Source: Clostridiales bacterium
Lineage (GTDB): Bacteria; Bacillota; Clostridia; Christensenellales; CAG-138
Direction: 5' to 3'
NCBI GenBank assembly: GCA_004556165.1
Contig: SFIR01000001.1
Location: forward strand, 150,216 to 214,215
DNA length: 64,000 bases
The translations under genes and the position numbers were made by a program. Below, one piece after another: positions 28,305 through 37,429 of the stretch. The notes under the pieces are model-generated. The model searched no databases. It was not told the origin of the DNA and saw only the letters and a program-made list of their open reading frames with translations. The first letter of the stretch is position 1. Every line of letters begins with the position of its first letter.

Positions 28305-29002
28305 TCTATCTCCTCAACGGGAGTTACGATTTCATTCTTTGTGACAGATTCGACCATACCGCTTTTTATCCTGATAACCCTGTCAGCCATTGCGGTAAGC
28401 GCAGAGTTGTGTGTAATGATAATAACGGTCATTCCGTTCTCGCGGCTTTCCCTTTGCAGCAGCTTGAGGATGGCTTTTCCCGTCAGATAGTCAAGCGCAC
28501 CGGTGGGCTCATCGCAAAGAAGCAGCTTTGGCCTTTTTGCGAGGGCTCTTGCAATGGCAACTCGCTGCTGTTCGCCGCCGGAAAGCTGCGAAGGGAAGTT
28601 ATTCATTCTGCCTGCGAGCCCGACATCGGTCAGAACCTGTTCAGCAGACATGGGATTATCAGTAAGCTGCGATGCAATCTCAACGTTTTCGAGCGCAGTA
28701 AGGTTCGGGATCAGATTGTAGTACTGAAATACGAAGCCGATATCATGCCTGCGGTAATCCGCCAGCTTCCTCGTATCGTATGCCGATATATCCTTATCCT
28801 CAAGGAACACGCTGCCGCTCGTCAGGGTATCCATTCCGCCGAGAATGTTTATGAGCGTAGTCTTACCTGCGCCGGACTGACCGACGATAACACATATCTC
28901 TCCTTTGTTTATTTCAAAAGAAACATCCTTTAATGCGGTAACGTTTATATCACCCGAGTGATACACCTTTCCAACCTTGCTGAATTTTACAAATGCACAC
29001 AT
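28298..29002 (-). CDS. ABC transporter ATP-binding protein (MacB/LolD-type)
   Basis: [24 protein letters not shown] and [12 protein letters not shown] motifs. It overlaps the permease start by 7 nt. I set the start at 29002 behind AAGGAGG. Confidence 0.93.
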   Translation of the reverse strand: MCAFVKFSKVGKVYHSGDINVTALKDVSFEINKGEICVIVGQSGAGKTTLINILGGMDTLTSGSVFLEDKDISAYDTRKLADYRRHDIGFVFQYYNLIPNLTALENVEIASQLTDNPMSAEQVLTDVGLAGRMNNFPSQLSGGEQQRVAIARALAKRPKLLLCDEPTGALDYLTGKAILKLLQRESRENGMTVIIITHNSALTAMADRVIRIKSGMVESVTKNEIVTPVEEIEW

Positions 29003-29033
29003 ATCGGATCCTCCTTGATTTCTACCCACTATA

Positions 29034-29062
29034 ATTATAATGTAAACGGTACGGCAAATCAA
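29034..29062 (-). promoter_or_regulatory. Putative promoter of the ABC exporter operon
   Basis: Minus strand: TTGATT (29062-29057), 17 bp, TATAAT (29039-29034). Confidence 0.5.
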
Positions 29063-29239
29063 CAGACTATTCTCATTTTATGTCCATATAGCTTAACAAT
29101 CGCGCTTTATGCGGCCCACGATGATACGGTGTTCGGGATAATATAACTGCAGCGCAGAGCGGTAACGAAACCGCAGCTTTGCCCGTTTTCCGGAAAATAA
29201 CTATATCGGAGAATGAATACCCCATATCAGCAAAGGGCA

Positions 29240-29268
29240 TTAGACAAATGAAGCAAACCTGCTATAAT
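29240..29268 (+). promoter_or_regulatory. Putative alcohol dehydrogenase promoter
   Basis: TTAGAC (29240-29245), 17 bp, TGcTATAAT extended -10 (TATAAT at 29263-29268). Confidence 0.5.
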
Positions 29269-29329
29269 ATCTATCGGATAAGAAAAAGGCTTATCCATGA
29301 ACAATAATTTGATTAAAGGAGATAGTATT

Positions 29330-30547
29330 ATGAAAAGGTTTACTCTTCCTCGCGATCTGTATCATGGAAAAGGAGCTCTCGAAGCTCTGAAGACCTTTAA
29401 GGGTAAGCGTGCAATGATTTGCGTCGGCGGCGGTTCAATGAAGCGTTTCGGCTTCCTCGATCGCGCTATCGCATATCTTAAAGAAGCAGGCATGCAGGTA
29501 GAGCTTTTTGAAGGCATCGAGCCCGATCCCTCTGTTGAAACCGTTATGAAGGGTGCAGAGGCAATGCTGAAGTTCCAGCCCGATTGGATCATTGCAATGG
29601 GCGGCGGTTCTCCCATTGACGCGGCAAAGGCTATGTGGATTAAGTACGAGTATCCCGAAGTTACCTTTGAGGATATGTGCAAGATCTTCGGCATTCCCAC
29701 GCTCCGCCGCAAAGCACATTTCTGCGCAATCTCCTCAACTTCCGGTACCGCAACCGAAGTTACCGCTTTCTCCATCATCACTGATTACCAGAAGGGCATC
29801 AAGTACCCCATCGCTGATTTTGAGATCACTCCCGATGTCGCTATCGTAGACCCCGATCTCGCAGAAACCATGCCCAAAAAGCTCGTTGCTCATACCGGTA
29901 TGGACGCTATGACCCATGCTGTTGAATCCTATGTTTCCACCGCCAACTGCGATTACACCGATCCTCTTGCTATTCATGCTATCCGCATGATCCAGGCAGA
30001 CCTTATTGATTCCTATAACGGCGACATGGAAAAGCGTGCTGCTATGCATAACGCACAGTGCCTCGCAGGTATGGCATTCTCCAATGCACTGCTCGGTATC
30101 GTTCACTCCATGGCGCACAAGACCGGCGCTGCATTCGCAGACTACGGCGCACACATCATCCACGGTGCTGCAAACGCAATGTACCTTCCCAAGGTTATCG
30201 CATTCAACGCAAAGAATGAGACCGCAGCCGCACGTTATGCCGAGATCGCGGACGCTATGTGCCTTGGTGGAAATACCACCGAAGAAAAGGTTCAGCTCCT
30301 CATCGCTTATCTGCGCAAGATGAACGATGACCTCAATATCCCTCACTGCATCGGTCATTACGGCGCTGACAGCTATCCCTGCGAGAAGGGCTTCGTTCCC
30401 GAGGATGTATTCCTTGTCCGTCTTCCCGAGATTGCAAAGAATGCAATCGGCGATGCCTGCACCGGCACCAACCCCCGTATCCCCACCCAGCACGAGATGG
30501 AAGAGCTCCTCAAGTGCTGCTACTATGATACCGAGGTCAATTTCTAA
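29330..30547 (+). CDS. Iron-containing (group III) alcohol dehydrogenase
   Basis: GGGSPIDAAK and the His-rich metal site (HTGMDAMTHAVE, HSMAHKTG). I set the start at 29330 behind AAAGGAG. Confidence 0.92.
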   Translation: MKRFTLPRDLYHGKGALEALKTFKGKRAMICVGGGSMKRFGFLDRAIAYLKEAGMQVELFEGIEPDPSVETVMKGAEAMLKFQPDWIIAMGGGSPIDAAKAMWIKYEYPEVTFEDMCKIFGIPTLRRKAHFCAISSTSGTATEVTAFSIITDYQKGIKYPIADFEITPDVAIVDPDLAETMPKKLVAHTGMDAMTHAVESYVSTANCDYTDPLAIHAIRMIQADLIDSYNGDMEKRAAMHNAQCLAGMAFSNALLGIVHSMAHKTGAAFADYGAHIIHGAANAMYLPKVIAFNAKNETAAARYAEIADAMCLGGNTTEEKVQLLIAYLRKMNDDLNIPHCIGHYGADSYPCEKGFVPEDVFLVRLPEIAKNAIGDACTGTNPRIPTQHEMEELLKCCYYDTEVNF

Positions 30548-30598
30548 TCGTAACTCTCTATTGGGTATCTGCTCAAGTTAAATCATGCCTAAAAATTG

Positions 30599-30626
30599 TG
30601 CCGGCTGACCGATCGGTCAGCCGGCA
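30599..30626. terminator. Bidirectional terminator between the adh and LysR genes
   Basis: Perfect 28-nt palindrome TGCCGGCTGACCGATCGGTCAGCCGGCA, flanked by A/T runs on both sides. Confidence 0.8.
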
Positions 30627-30638
30627 TAATATTTTTCA

Positions 30639-31574
30639 TCACATCATCGGATCAATGATAGCTTTTTTCGCTTCAAACAGCAATTCGATAAACCTCTTAT
30701 CAATATCCGAAAGCCGATAATCCTTCCTGTGGATGAGAATGTCCCTGTAAATGCGCTTGTTTTCTTCGCATTCCCGTTCGACAAGATTGTATCGCGTCAG
30801 CAGCTCTTCGGGGATGGGGGAAACCCACATAAAGCATTCCGGATTCTGTACGAGCAGATCAAATTGACTTCCCCTCTCAAACAGGAAGATACGTCTTGCA
30901 AAACCATCGGGGAGTTCTTCCTTCTTGACTTCGGCAAAAGACAGCGACGGCACATAAGGATCTGCGTGCGCTATCTCTACATAATTCCGTAGGTCGTCAT
31001 AGGTGATTTTATCAAGAGAAGCCAATGGTGAATCCTTGCTCATTATCAGAACATAGTGGAATTCCGCAACGAGGTCATAGCTGAGATTCTTTTCTTCCAA
31101 CGATTCCCTGTAAAATTTATCGTAGTTTTCTGCGTAACGAATGATGCCGAGCCTGTAATCCTCCTGAAGGATGTTGGAAATTGCACGCTTTGCATTGGTT
31201 TCCTTGTAAAATAACTCCGCCTTATCGCCCAAAGAAAATGTCGTTGTGAATTTCGCAAAAGCGTCGGCAATATAGCTTGCACGAGGAACCGAAATGGAAA
31301 ATCGCTTCTTCTCGGTACGTTCCTTAGTGAAGAGAAATTCAACATCATCTATCTGCTTCAGAATGGATTTGGCATAGCGAATAAAAATTTCTCCATCGGG
31401 GGTGAGAAGAACGCCCTCGGAGCTTCTTTCAAAAATCGTAATTCCGAGGCTGCTTTCCAATTCCTTGATGGCACGGCTTAGATTCGGCTGTCCGACGTAC
31501 AGACGCTTTGCGGCCTTGTTAAGTGAATGTGTGTCCGCAACCTCGACCGCGTATTTCATATGCAGCAGATTCAT
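30639..31574 (-). CDS. LysR family transcriptional regulator
   Basis: N-terminal HTH (MKYAVEVADTHSLNKAAKRLYVGQPNLSRAIKELE), a roughly 200-aa effector domain, and a GGGAGG RBS. Confidence 0.92.
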   Translation of the reverse strand: MNLLHMKYAVEVADTHSLNKAAKRLYVGQPNLSRAIKELESSLGITIFERSSEGVLLTPDGEIFIRYAKSILKQIDDVEFLFTKERTEKKRFSISVPRASYIADAFAKFTTTFSLGDKAELFYKETNAKRAISNILQEDYRLGIIRYAENYDKFYRESLEEKNLSYDLVAEFHYVLIMSKDSPLASLDKITYDDLRNYVEIAHADPYVPSLSFAEVKKEELPDGFARRIFLFERGSQFDLLVQNPECFMWVSPIPEELLTRYNLVERECEENKRIYRDILIHRKDYRLSDIDKRFIELLFEAKKAIIDPMM

Positions 31575-31592
31575 TTATGCACCTCCCGATTT

Positions 31593-31617
31593 GATATGAG
31601 CATTTTGACTTCATATC
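31593..31617. promoter_or_regulatory. Inverted repeat upstream of the LysR gene (candidate regulator binding site)
   Basis: GATATGA-N11-TCATATC: perfect 7-bp arms, 19 nt upstream of the LysR start codon in the divergent intergenic region. Confidence 0.3.
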
Positions 31618-31702
31618 TTGTCATAATCATTATATCAGGCTTGAGCTGCTTATTCAAGCCGCTATCAGTAGGACGAAAATTGAAAAGCCGTATTTTGTCC
31701 CT

Positions 31703-31732
31703 TTACAAATCATCCCCATTTTGTGTTATAAT
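31703..31732 (+). promoter_or_regulatory. Putative promoter of the EEP-family gene
   Basis: TTACAA (31703-31708), 18 bp, TGtTATAAT (TATAAT at 31727-31732). Confidence 0.4.
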
Positions 31733-31761
31733 GAACAGAAACAGAAAACGGAGAAACCTAT

Positions 31762-32814
31762 ATGAAAAAAGCATTTAAGATCATCCTCATAATTCTTGCG
31801 GTTATCGCTGCTGCGGTTATAGCTTTCATCGCATGGCTCAGCATCACCGAGTACTGCCCCGAACCCTTGGAAGAAGTTCCGATAAGCGGCAGCAATACAG
31901 GAAAAGCGGCGTTAGGTCAGGAACTCAACATAGTGACATGGAACATCGGCTATTGCGGACTCGGCAAGGATTCGGATTTCTTCATGGACGGGGGAAAGCA
32001 GGTTCAGCCCTCGGATAGAAGTTATGTCGAATACTGCCTTAACGGCATTAAGTCCTTCCTAAATGAAACAGAAGCCGATCTCTTCCTGCTGCAGGAGGTG
32101 GATACCGACTCCAAACGCTGCTATGGCATCAATGAAGCTGAACAGCTCGAAATGGGCGCCAGCGCACACGCCCTGAACTTCTCATGCAGATTTGTTCCAT
32201 ACCCTCTGCCGATGATAGGCAGGGTCAACAGCGGACTGCTCACGACGAGCAGAAGCCTTGATCTGGCCTCGGCAGAACGCGTTTCGCTTCCATGCCCTTT
32301 TTCTTGGCCTGTCAGAATAGCTAACCTTAAGCGCTGCCTTCTTGTGACAAGGATTCCCGTCGAGGGAAGCGATAAGGAGCTTGTGATTATCAATCTTCAC
32401 CTTGAAGCCTATGATGACGGCGAGGGGAAGCTTGCGCAGACTGAGCAGCTCAAGAAATATATCGAGCAGGAATACAAAAAGGGAAACTATGTCATTGCAG
32501 GAGGAGATTTCAATCAGTCTTTCCCGAATAGCCTTGCAGTTTATCCGAATACCCATAGTGAGCTTTGGATGCCAAGCGAACTGGATGAATCACTGCTTGC
32601 AGAGGGCTGCAGCTTTGCTTACGATACTGATACGCCAACCTGCCGCCTGCTCAATCAGCCCTACGATCCGAACGATACGGAGAATACCCAGTACTATGTC
32701 ATCGACGGCTTTATTCTCAGCCCGAATGTGGAGCTTGTTGCGGTCGAAACCATTGATCTCGGTTTTGAATATTCCGACCATAATCCGGTAAGCATCCGTG
32801 TGATACTGAAGTGA
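31762..32814 (+). CDS. Membrane-anchored endonuclease/exonuclease/phosphatase (EEP) family protein
   Basis: N-terminal TM helix. EEP signatures are present: NIVTWNIGYCG, LLQEVD, INLHLEAYD, GGDFNQ and a C-terminal SDHNPV. Confidence 0.85.
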   Translation: MKKAFKIILIILAVIAAAVIAFIAWLSITEYCPEPLEEVPISGSNTGKAALGQELNIVTWNIGYCGLGKDSDFFMDGGKQVQPSDRSYVEYCLNGIKSFLNETEADLFLLQEVDTDSKRCYGINEAEQLEMGASAHALNFSCRFVPYPLPMIGRVNSGLLTTSRSLDLASAERVSLPCPFSWPVRIANLKRCLLVTRIPVEGSDKELVIINLHLEAYDDGEGKLAQTEQLKKYIEQEYKKGNYVIAGGDFNQSFPNSLAVYPNTHSELWMPSELDESLLAEGCSFAYDTDTPTCRLLNQPYDPNDTENTQYYVIDGFILSPNVELVAVETIDLGFEYSDHNPVSIRVILK

Positions 32815-32840
32815 GCTTGTGATAATTTGAAGAAAATATA

Positions 32841-32869
32841 TTGCGCTTCGACTGAAAAGGGCGTATAAT
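32841..32869 (+). promoter_or_regulatory. Putative promoter of the SBP/LuxR pair
   Basis: TTGCGC (32841-32846), 17 bp, TATAAT (32864-32869). This leaves a roughly 150-nt leader. Confidence 0.45.
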
Positions 32870-33023
32870 CATAAATGTGGAGCCTTGTCCTCTGCTGCGC
32901 TTTGGTATACCGCGAACAGCCGGGGATGAGGCAGCATGTTCTATAAGCTGAGCATTAGAATTCCTGACAACCGGGCTGACATTCAAATAGCGGCTGTGAA
33001 AATAACACCTGAAAGGATACCAT

Positions 33024-34382
33024 ATGAAATACTTCAGATCTATTTTGCTTCTGTTTTTGCTGATGCTTCTTTTATTCGCTGCCAGCGCATGCAATAAGGA
33101 TGACGATTCAATGATCGAAATTACACTTTGGCATGTATACGGAGGGCAAACGGATTCTCCGCTCAATGACCTGATAGAGGAATTCAATAATACCGTCGGT
33201 GCTGAGAATAATATTCACGTTACGGTCACCAGCGTTACAAATTCCAATACCATTCATGAGAATGTGCTTGCAGCCGCATTCGGCGATCCTTCTGCACCGG
33301 GACTCCCCGATATGTTCTGCTCCTATCCTAAGACCGTTTCTGCAATGCCGGATGATACCCTGCTTGTGGATTATTCCGATTATTTCAACGAGGGGGAGCT
33401 CTCGGAGTTCATCCCCGAATTCGTAGAAGAAGGAATAGTTAATGACCGCCTTGTCGTGCTTCCGCTCGCAAAATCGACTGAAGTTATGTTTATTAACAAA
33501 ACCGCTTTCGATCGTTTTGCCGATGCAACAGGTGTGGATATCTCGGAGCTTTCCACTTGGGAAGGACTTTTCGCTATGGCCGAAAGGTATACCGAATGGA
33601 CGGATGAGCAGACTCCCGAGATTCAGGGCGACGGCAAGGTATTTTTCGTTCATGATTTTCACTTCAATTATTTTCAGGTGGGCGTGGAAGCTCTTGGCGA
33701 GGATTTTTTCAACGGCAATGAGATTGCCTATGGTCCCATGTTTGAATATGCTTGGGAGCCATATTGCAGAGCTGCGCTCAACGGAAGCCTCTGGCTGCAA
33801 AGCGGATATGCAACTGAGCCTTTGAGAACCGGCGATACGATTGTATCGGTCGCTTCGTCTGCAAGCGTTCTGTATTATTCGGATATTGTGACATATAATG
33901 ACAACACAACCGAGCAGGTCGAGATTATTGCTTTGCCTTGTCCGACCTTTGAAAACGGAGAAAAGCTCGTTATGCAGCGTGGCGTCGGTGTCTGCACGGT
34001 AAAATCCACACCCGAGAGGGAACAGGCCTGCGTGACATTTCTAAAATGGCTGACTGACGCAGAGCGAAATACGGAATTTGTCACCAAAGCGGGCTATATG
34101 CCCGTAAAGCAGGAAGCCTTCGAAAAATATCTAATGCCTGCAATAGAGAATCTTAAAGATAAAATGTACATTTCACTTTACCGGGCATTCTTACAGACCC
34201 AGAAGGAATACACTTTCTATTTCCCTCCGAAGATAGATACTTATCTCGAATTGGAAACGTCGTTTGAAAGCAATGTTCGTAATGCGTTGAAATACGGAAA
34301 GTCGAGATATATGGATGCCGATTCGGGTTCAATCGACGTGCAGATAATTGAAACGCTGAACTATTTTAAAAGCTGTAATTGA
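33024..34382 (+). CDS. Extracellular solute-binding lipoprotein (family 1, sugar-type), orphan
   Basis: Lipobox LFAASAC. ITLWHVYGG and overall SBP_bac_1-like features are present. No ABC permease or ATPase gene is adjacent. Confidence 0.85.
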   Translation: MKYFRSILLLFLLMLLLFAASACNKDDDSMIEITLWHVYGGQTDSPLNDLIEEFNNTVGAENNIHVTVTSVTNSNTIHENVLAAAFGDPSAPGLPDMFCSYPKTVSAMPDDTLLVDYSDYFNEGELSEFIPEFVEEGIVNDRLVVLPLAKSTEVMFINKTAFDRFADATGVDISELSTWEGLFAMAERYTEWTDEQTPEIQGDGKVFFVHDFHFNYFQVGVEALGEDFFNGNEIAYGPMFEYAWEPYCRAALNGSLWLQSGYATEPLRTGDTIVSVASSASVLYYSDIVTYNDNTTEQVEIIALPCPTFENGEKLVMQRGVGVCTVKSTPEREQACVTFLKWLTDAERNTEFVTKAGYMPVKQEAFEKYLMPAIENLKDKMYISLYRAFLQTQKEYTFYFPPKIDTYLELETSFESNVRNALKYGKSRYMDADSGSIDVQIIETLNYFKSCN

Positions 34383-34394
34383 AAATAGTGCTCC

Positions 34395-36002
34395 TTGGAG
34401 GCAGGTAAACTCTTGTTCGGACACCTTAAAGCGCTGATTAAAGCGAGTAAAAAATTTTATGAACAAGGAGTCAGCATTCGGCGCAGACTGGTACTGTACT
34501 GGGTCTCGATGGTGCTTGCTCTGTTTCTGATATTCATTCTTGTACTCAATCTAATCGGTGCTTTTTCGAAGACCGAGCGTGAGCTGTCCGCTTTTCTTGA
34601 GCTTCAGGAAAGAAATACGAGTGCTGCACTATCCAACCATCTCAGTGAACTGACTGCGCAGGGCATTGTCCTTTCAAAGGATATTTCAAAGAAGATGTCA
34701 AATCTTCTTAATGACAGAGGCGTAGATTTTGATGAGCTTAATGATAATATTCCTCTCATTGCCGAGCTGGAGGAGGATCTATATGACTCTGTTTATACAA
34801 CCCTGAATGCAGGCGATTGCAATGGTGCATTTGTGCTGCTCGATGCAACCGCGAATACGGGCCTTGATGGTTCGGAAAAATCGCGCATCGGCTGTTATCT
34901 GCGTTACTCGGATGTCAGCACCGCAGGAAGCTCGAATCAGAGGCTGACCTATTTCAGGGGAATGTTCGATATAGCAAGAAAAAATGGGGTTCAGCTGCAC
35001 AACCGCTGGAATCCCGAGTTTGATACATCTTTTTTGCCGGGATATGATGATTTTATGGCGATTCGGGTTGACCGAATCGCGGATAGCTTCTGCTGGTCGG
35101 GAAGAATGCATATCACCGGCACCTGGGAGGATGCGAACCTCCTTTATGTCCCCGTTGTTTATCAGGGAAGGGTATGCGGCATATGCGGCATTGAGCTCGG
35201 AGATTTGTATTTTCAGTTATCATATGCATCCGTAAAATCTCAATACGGAAATGTTATGACGCTCATTGCGCCATTGGAAGGTGATCACCTTTTGCTGGAT
35301 AAAGCTATGTTCGGCGGCAGCGCCGGAGCAGCACTGCAAACACAGGGCATACTCAGCATCAAGGATGAGAAGTATTTTGAAAGCTATGATTCCGGCTCAG
35401 TTCGGTACATAGGTGCTCATAAGAGCTTGGAACATAAAACAGTCGATGGAAAGGAGCTTGTTGTCGCCTTACTGCTTCCGGAGAGCAGCTTTTCTTCTGC
35501 TGTAAGCTCAGAACGCGCAAAATGGATGATCATATCGTTTGCGGCACTGCTGCTCCTTCTGGTGCTCTCTTTCTTCCTTTCGAGATCATTTGCCAAGCCG
35601 ATAACACAGGGAATACGTTCGCTCAAAGAAGAGCCCTTGATGGGTGGTACCGTTGCTAAGGTCGGGATAAAGGAGATCGATGAGCTTCATGATTTCGTTC
35701 GAGCTTTAAGGGAGAAAAGACGGCTTGCAGAGGAGATGCCCCCGGGCGTTCAGCTGCTTTTTACAGATTTCTCTTCCCGCGTACAGACTCTCACGCCGAT
35801 GGAGCGTACCGTTTTGCAGTGTTATATTGAAGGACATGATACCGTTGAAACTGCAAATCTCGCCTTTATCAGCATAAATACTGTCAAAAAGCATAATACC
35901 AATATCTATAGGAAACTCGGCATCACTACCCGTGAAGAGCTGATGCTCTATATAGATCTGTTTCGCCGCTGCGGTAAGATTGAAGAGATCTCTTATATTT
36001 AG
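34395..36002 (+). CDS. Membrane-tethered LuxR-family (HTH) one-component regulator with a large extracytoplasmic domain
   Basis: The layout is TM1 (LVLYWVSMVLALFLIFILVLNLIGAF), a roughly 320-aa external domain, TM2 (WMIISFAALLLLLVLSFFL), then a C-terminal LuxR HTH (LTPMERTVLQCYIEGHDTVETANLAFISINTVKKHNTNIYRKLGI). The start is non-ATG; TTG 34413, 11 nt after GGAGG, is an alternative. Confidence 0.8.
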   Translation: MEAGKLLFGHLKALIKASKKFYEQGVSIRRRLVLYWVSMVLALFLIFILVLNLIGAFSKTERELSAFLELQERNTSAALSNHLSELTAQGIVLSKDISKKMSNLLNDRGVDFDELNDNIPLIAELEEDLYDSVYTTLNAGDCNGAFVLLDATANTGLDGSEKSRIGCYLRYSDVSTAGSSNQRLTYFRGMFDIARKNGVQLHNRWNPEFDTSFLPGYDDFMAIRVDRIADSFCWSGRMHITGTWEDANLLYVPVVYQGRVCGICGIELGDLYFQLSYASVKSQYGNVMTLIAPLEGDHLLLDKAMFGGSAGAALQTQGILSIKDEKYFESYDSGSVRYIGAHKSLEHKTVDGKELVVALLLPESSFSSAVSSERAKWMIISFAALLLLLVLSFFLSRSFAKPITQGIRSLKEEPLMGGTVAKVGIKEIDELHDFVRALREKRRLAEEMPPGVQLLFTDFSSRVQTLTPMERTVLQCYIEGHDTVETANLAFISINTVKKHNTNIYRKLGITTREELMLYIDLFRRCGKIEEISYI

Positions 36003-36022
36003 ATTGAGTATTGATAGATGCA

Positions 36023-36064
36023 TTGCCACTGCAGCCTTCATAAGGCTTGCGGTGGCAAGTTTTG
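36023..36064 (+). terminator. Putative intrinsic terminator after the LuxR-type gene
   Basis: Stem TTGCCACTGCAGCC/GGCTTGCGGTGGCAA with one bulge, followed by GTTTTG. Confidence 0.6.
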
Positions 36065-36387
36065 CTTGCAACAACATATGGTGTTATTGCAAAGAAACAA
36101 CGCTACATGTTGTATACTACTGAGTAGTATTTTCACATTTCTGGTAAAAATACTACCGGAGACCATATTATTATTTCCATTTTATGCTAAAATATACTTA
36201 TGAGAATTATTCTATCGCGCAGACATCGGGAGGCTGTAAACAGATAGCTTGCATCCGATTTGTACGGAAGTATTTTATTCGATAATACCTGATTACGGAG
36301 AATAATGTTTACGGGTATTTAGGTACTTTTCACCAGCGATATTCAGAATTCTATTGATATACATAAAGGGAGGGCTATCACATCACC

Positions 36388-36876
36388 ATGAACATGAAGA
36401 TTATTATTTTAGCTTTGATAATAGCAGCAGCTCCCATGCTCGCCTCTTGCGGCAGTGGGCTCTTTTCCCGTTCACCGCAAATATCCGGTATAACTCATTT
36501 CAGCTATGCAATCTACGGCGGCATGACGATGAATTACGGCTATGACTATTCGGCCGATCTTGCTGACGGCAAGGTTATTGTGACCCATCGCCCGAGCGAT
36601 GAGCCCGAAGAAAACTCCATCACCGTTGAGACCGATGCTTCATTCATGGATGAGCTTCGTGCCGTTATCGAAAAATACAAGCTGAATAAATGGGACGGAT
36701 TCCATGGCAACAACAAATATGTTCTGGACGGGGATTTCTTTTCTCTAAGAGTTGAAATGGATAATGGGCAGACAATATCGGCAGGCGGCTATATGTCATA
36801 TCCGAAGAATTACAGTGCAGCCATTTCGGAGATAATTGCTCTCTTTGATGCTCTTTTTCCGAAAGAATCCGACTGA
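36388..36876 (+). CDS. Hypothetical lipoprotein
   Basis: Signal peptide with lipobox MLASCGSG and a GGGAGGG RBS. I recognise no family. Confidence 0.6.
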   Translation: MNMKIIILALIIAAAPMLASCGSGLFSRSPQISGITHFSYAIYGGMTMNYGYDYSADLADGKVIVTHRPSDEPEENSITVETDASFMDELRAVIEKYKLNKWDGFHGNNKYVLDGDFFSLRVEMDNGQTISAGGYMSYPKNYSAAISEIIALFDALFPKESD

Positions 36877-36995
36877 TATTGCCTAAGGTGTTCCATGCAA
36901 ATCAGAAAGCGAAGCAAATTAACTGTGGCTGATTGAGCAGGGCAAATTTCCTTGCTTTCAGAATAAATCAATCAAATAAAAATGGAGGAACAATT

Positions 36996-37385
36996 ATGGA
37001 AATCAAAGGAACCTGGAAGATCGACGGCATGCTCGACTTTTTGAATGGCGGCTACAGGAAGTTAGATCCTGCGTCTGAGGATGAAAGCGAAGCTATGTTT
37101 GCAAAGGCTGTCATTATTATAAACGATACCGAGATGCTGACCTGCTTACCGATCACCGAGGATATGTCCCCCGAGCAGATTGAACAAGCCAAGGAAGAGG
37201 GAATGGCTATTGTAGACGGATGCCTTGTGCAATCAAGCGAACCCATTAAATTCGAGGACGGCAAATGGTTCTACAATACCGGTATCCAAGGCGATATTAT
37301 GGGAGAAGAGATCAATCCATGGAGTGAGTTCGAATTCGACGGCGAGTATCTCTGCACCGGAATGTTAAGATTCCGCAGGGCTTGA
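36996..37385 (+). CDS. Hypothetical protein (129 aa)
   Basis: Strong RBS (ATGGAGGAA) before ATG 36996. It is an acidic soluble protein with no recognisable motif. Confidence 0.5.
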   Translation: MEIKGTWKIDGMLDFLNGGYRKLDPASEDESEAMFAKAVIIINDTEMLTCLPITEDMSPEQIEQAKEEGMAIVDGCLVQSSEPIKFEDGKWFYNTGIQGDIMGEEINPWSEFEFDGEYLCTGMLRFRRA

Positions 37386-37429
37386 AAAAGGGAATAGCAA
37401 ATAAATAGCTAAGATTTAAGGAGAAAAAC

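Noticed and set aside
36018-36203. A 61-aa Cys-rich ORF in the long non-coding gap after the LuxR-type gene.
   Set aside because: It starts inside the terminator hairpin, has no RBS, and its composition is implausible for a real protein.
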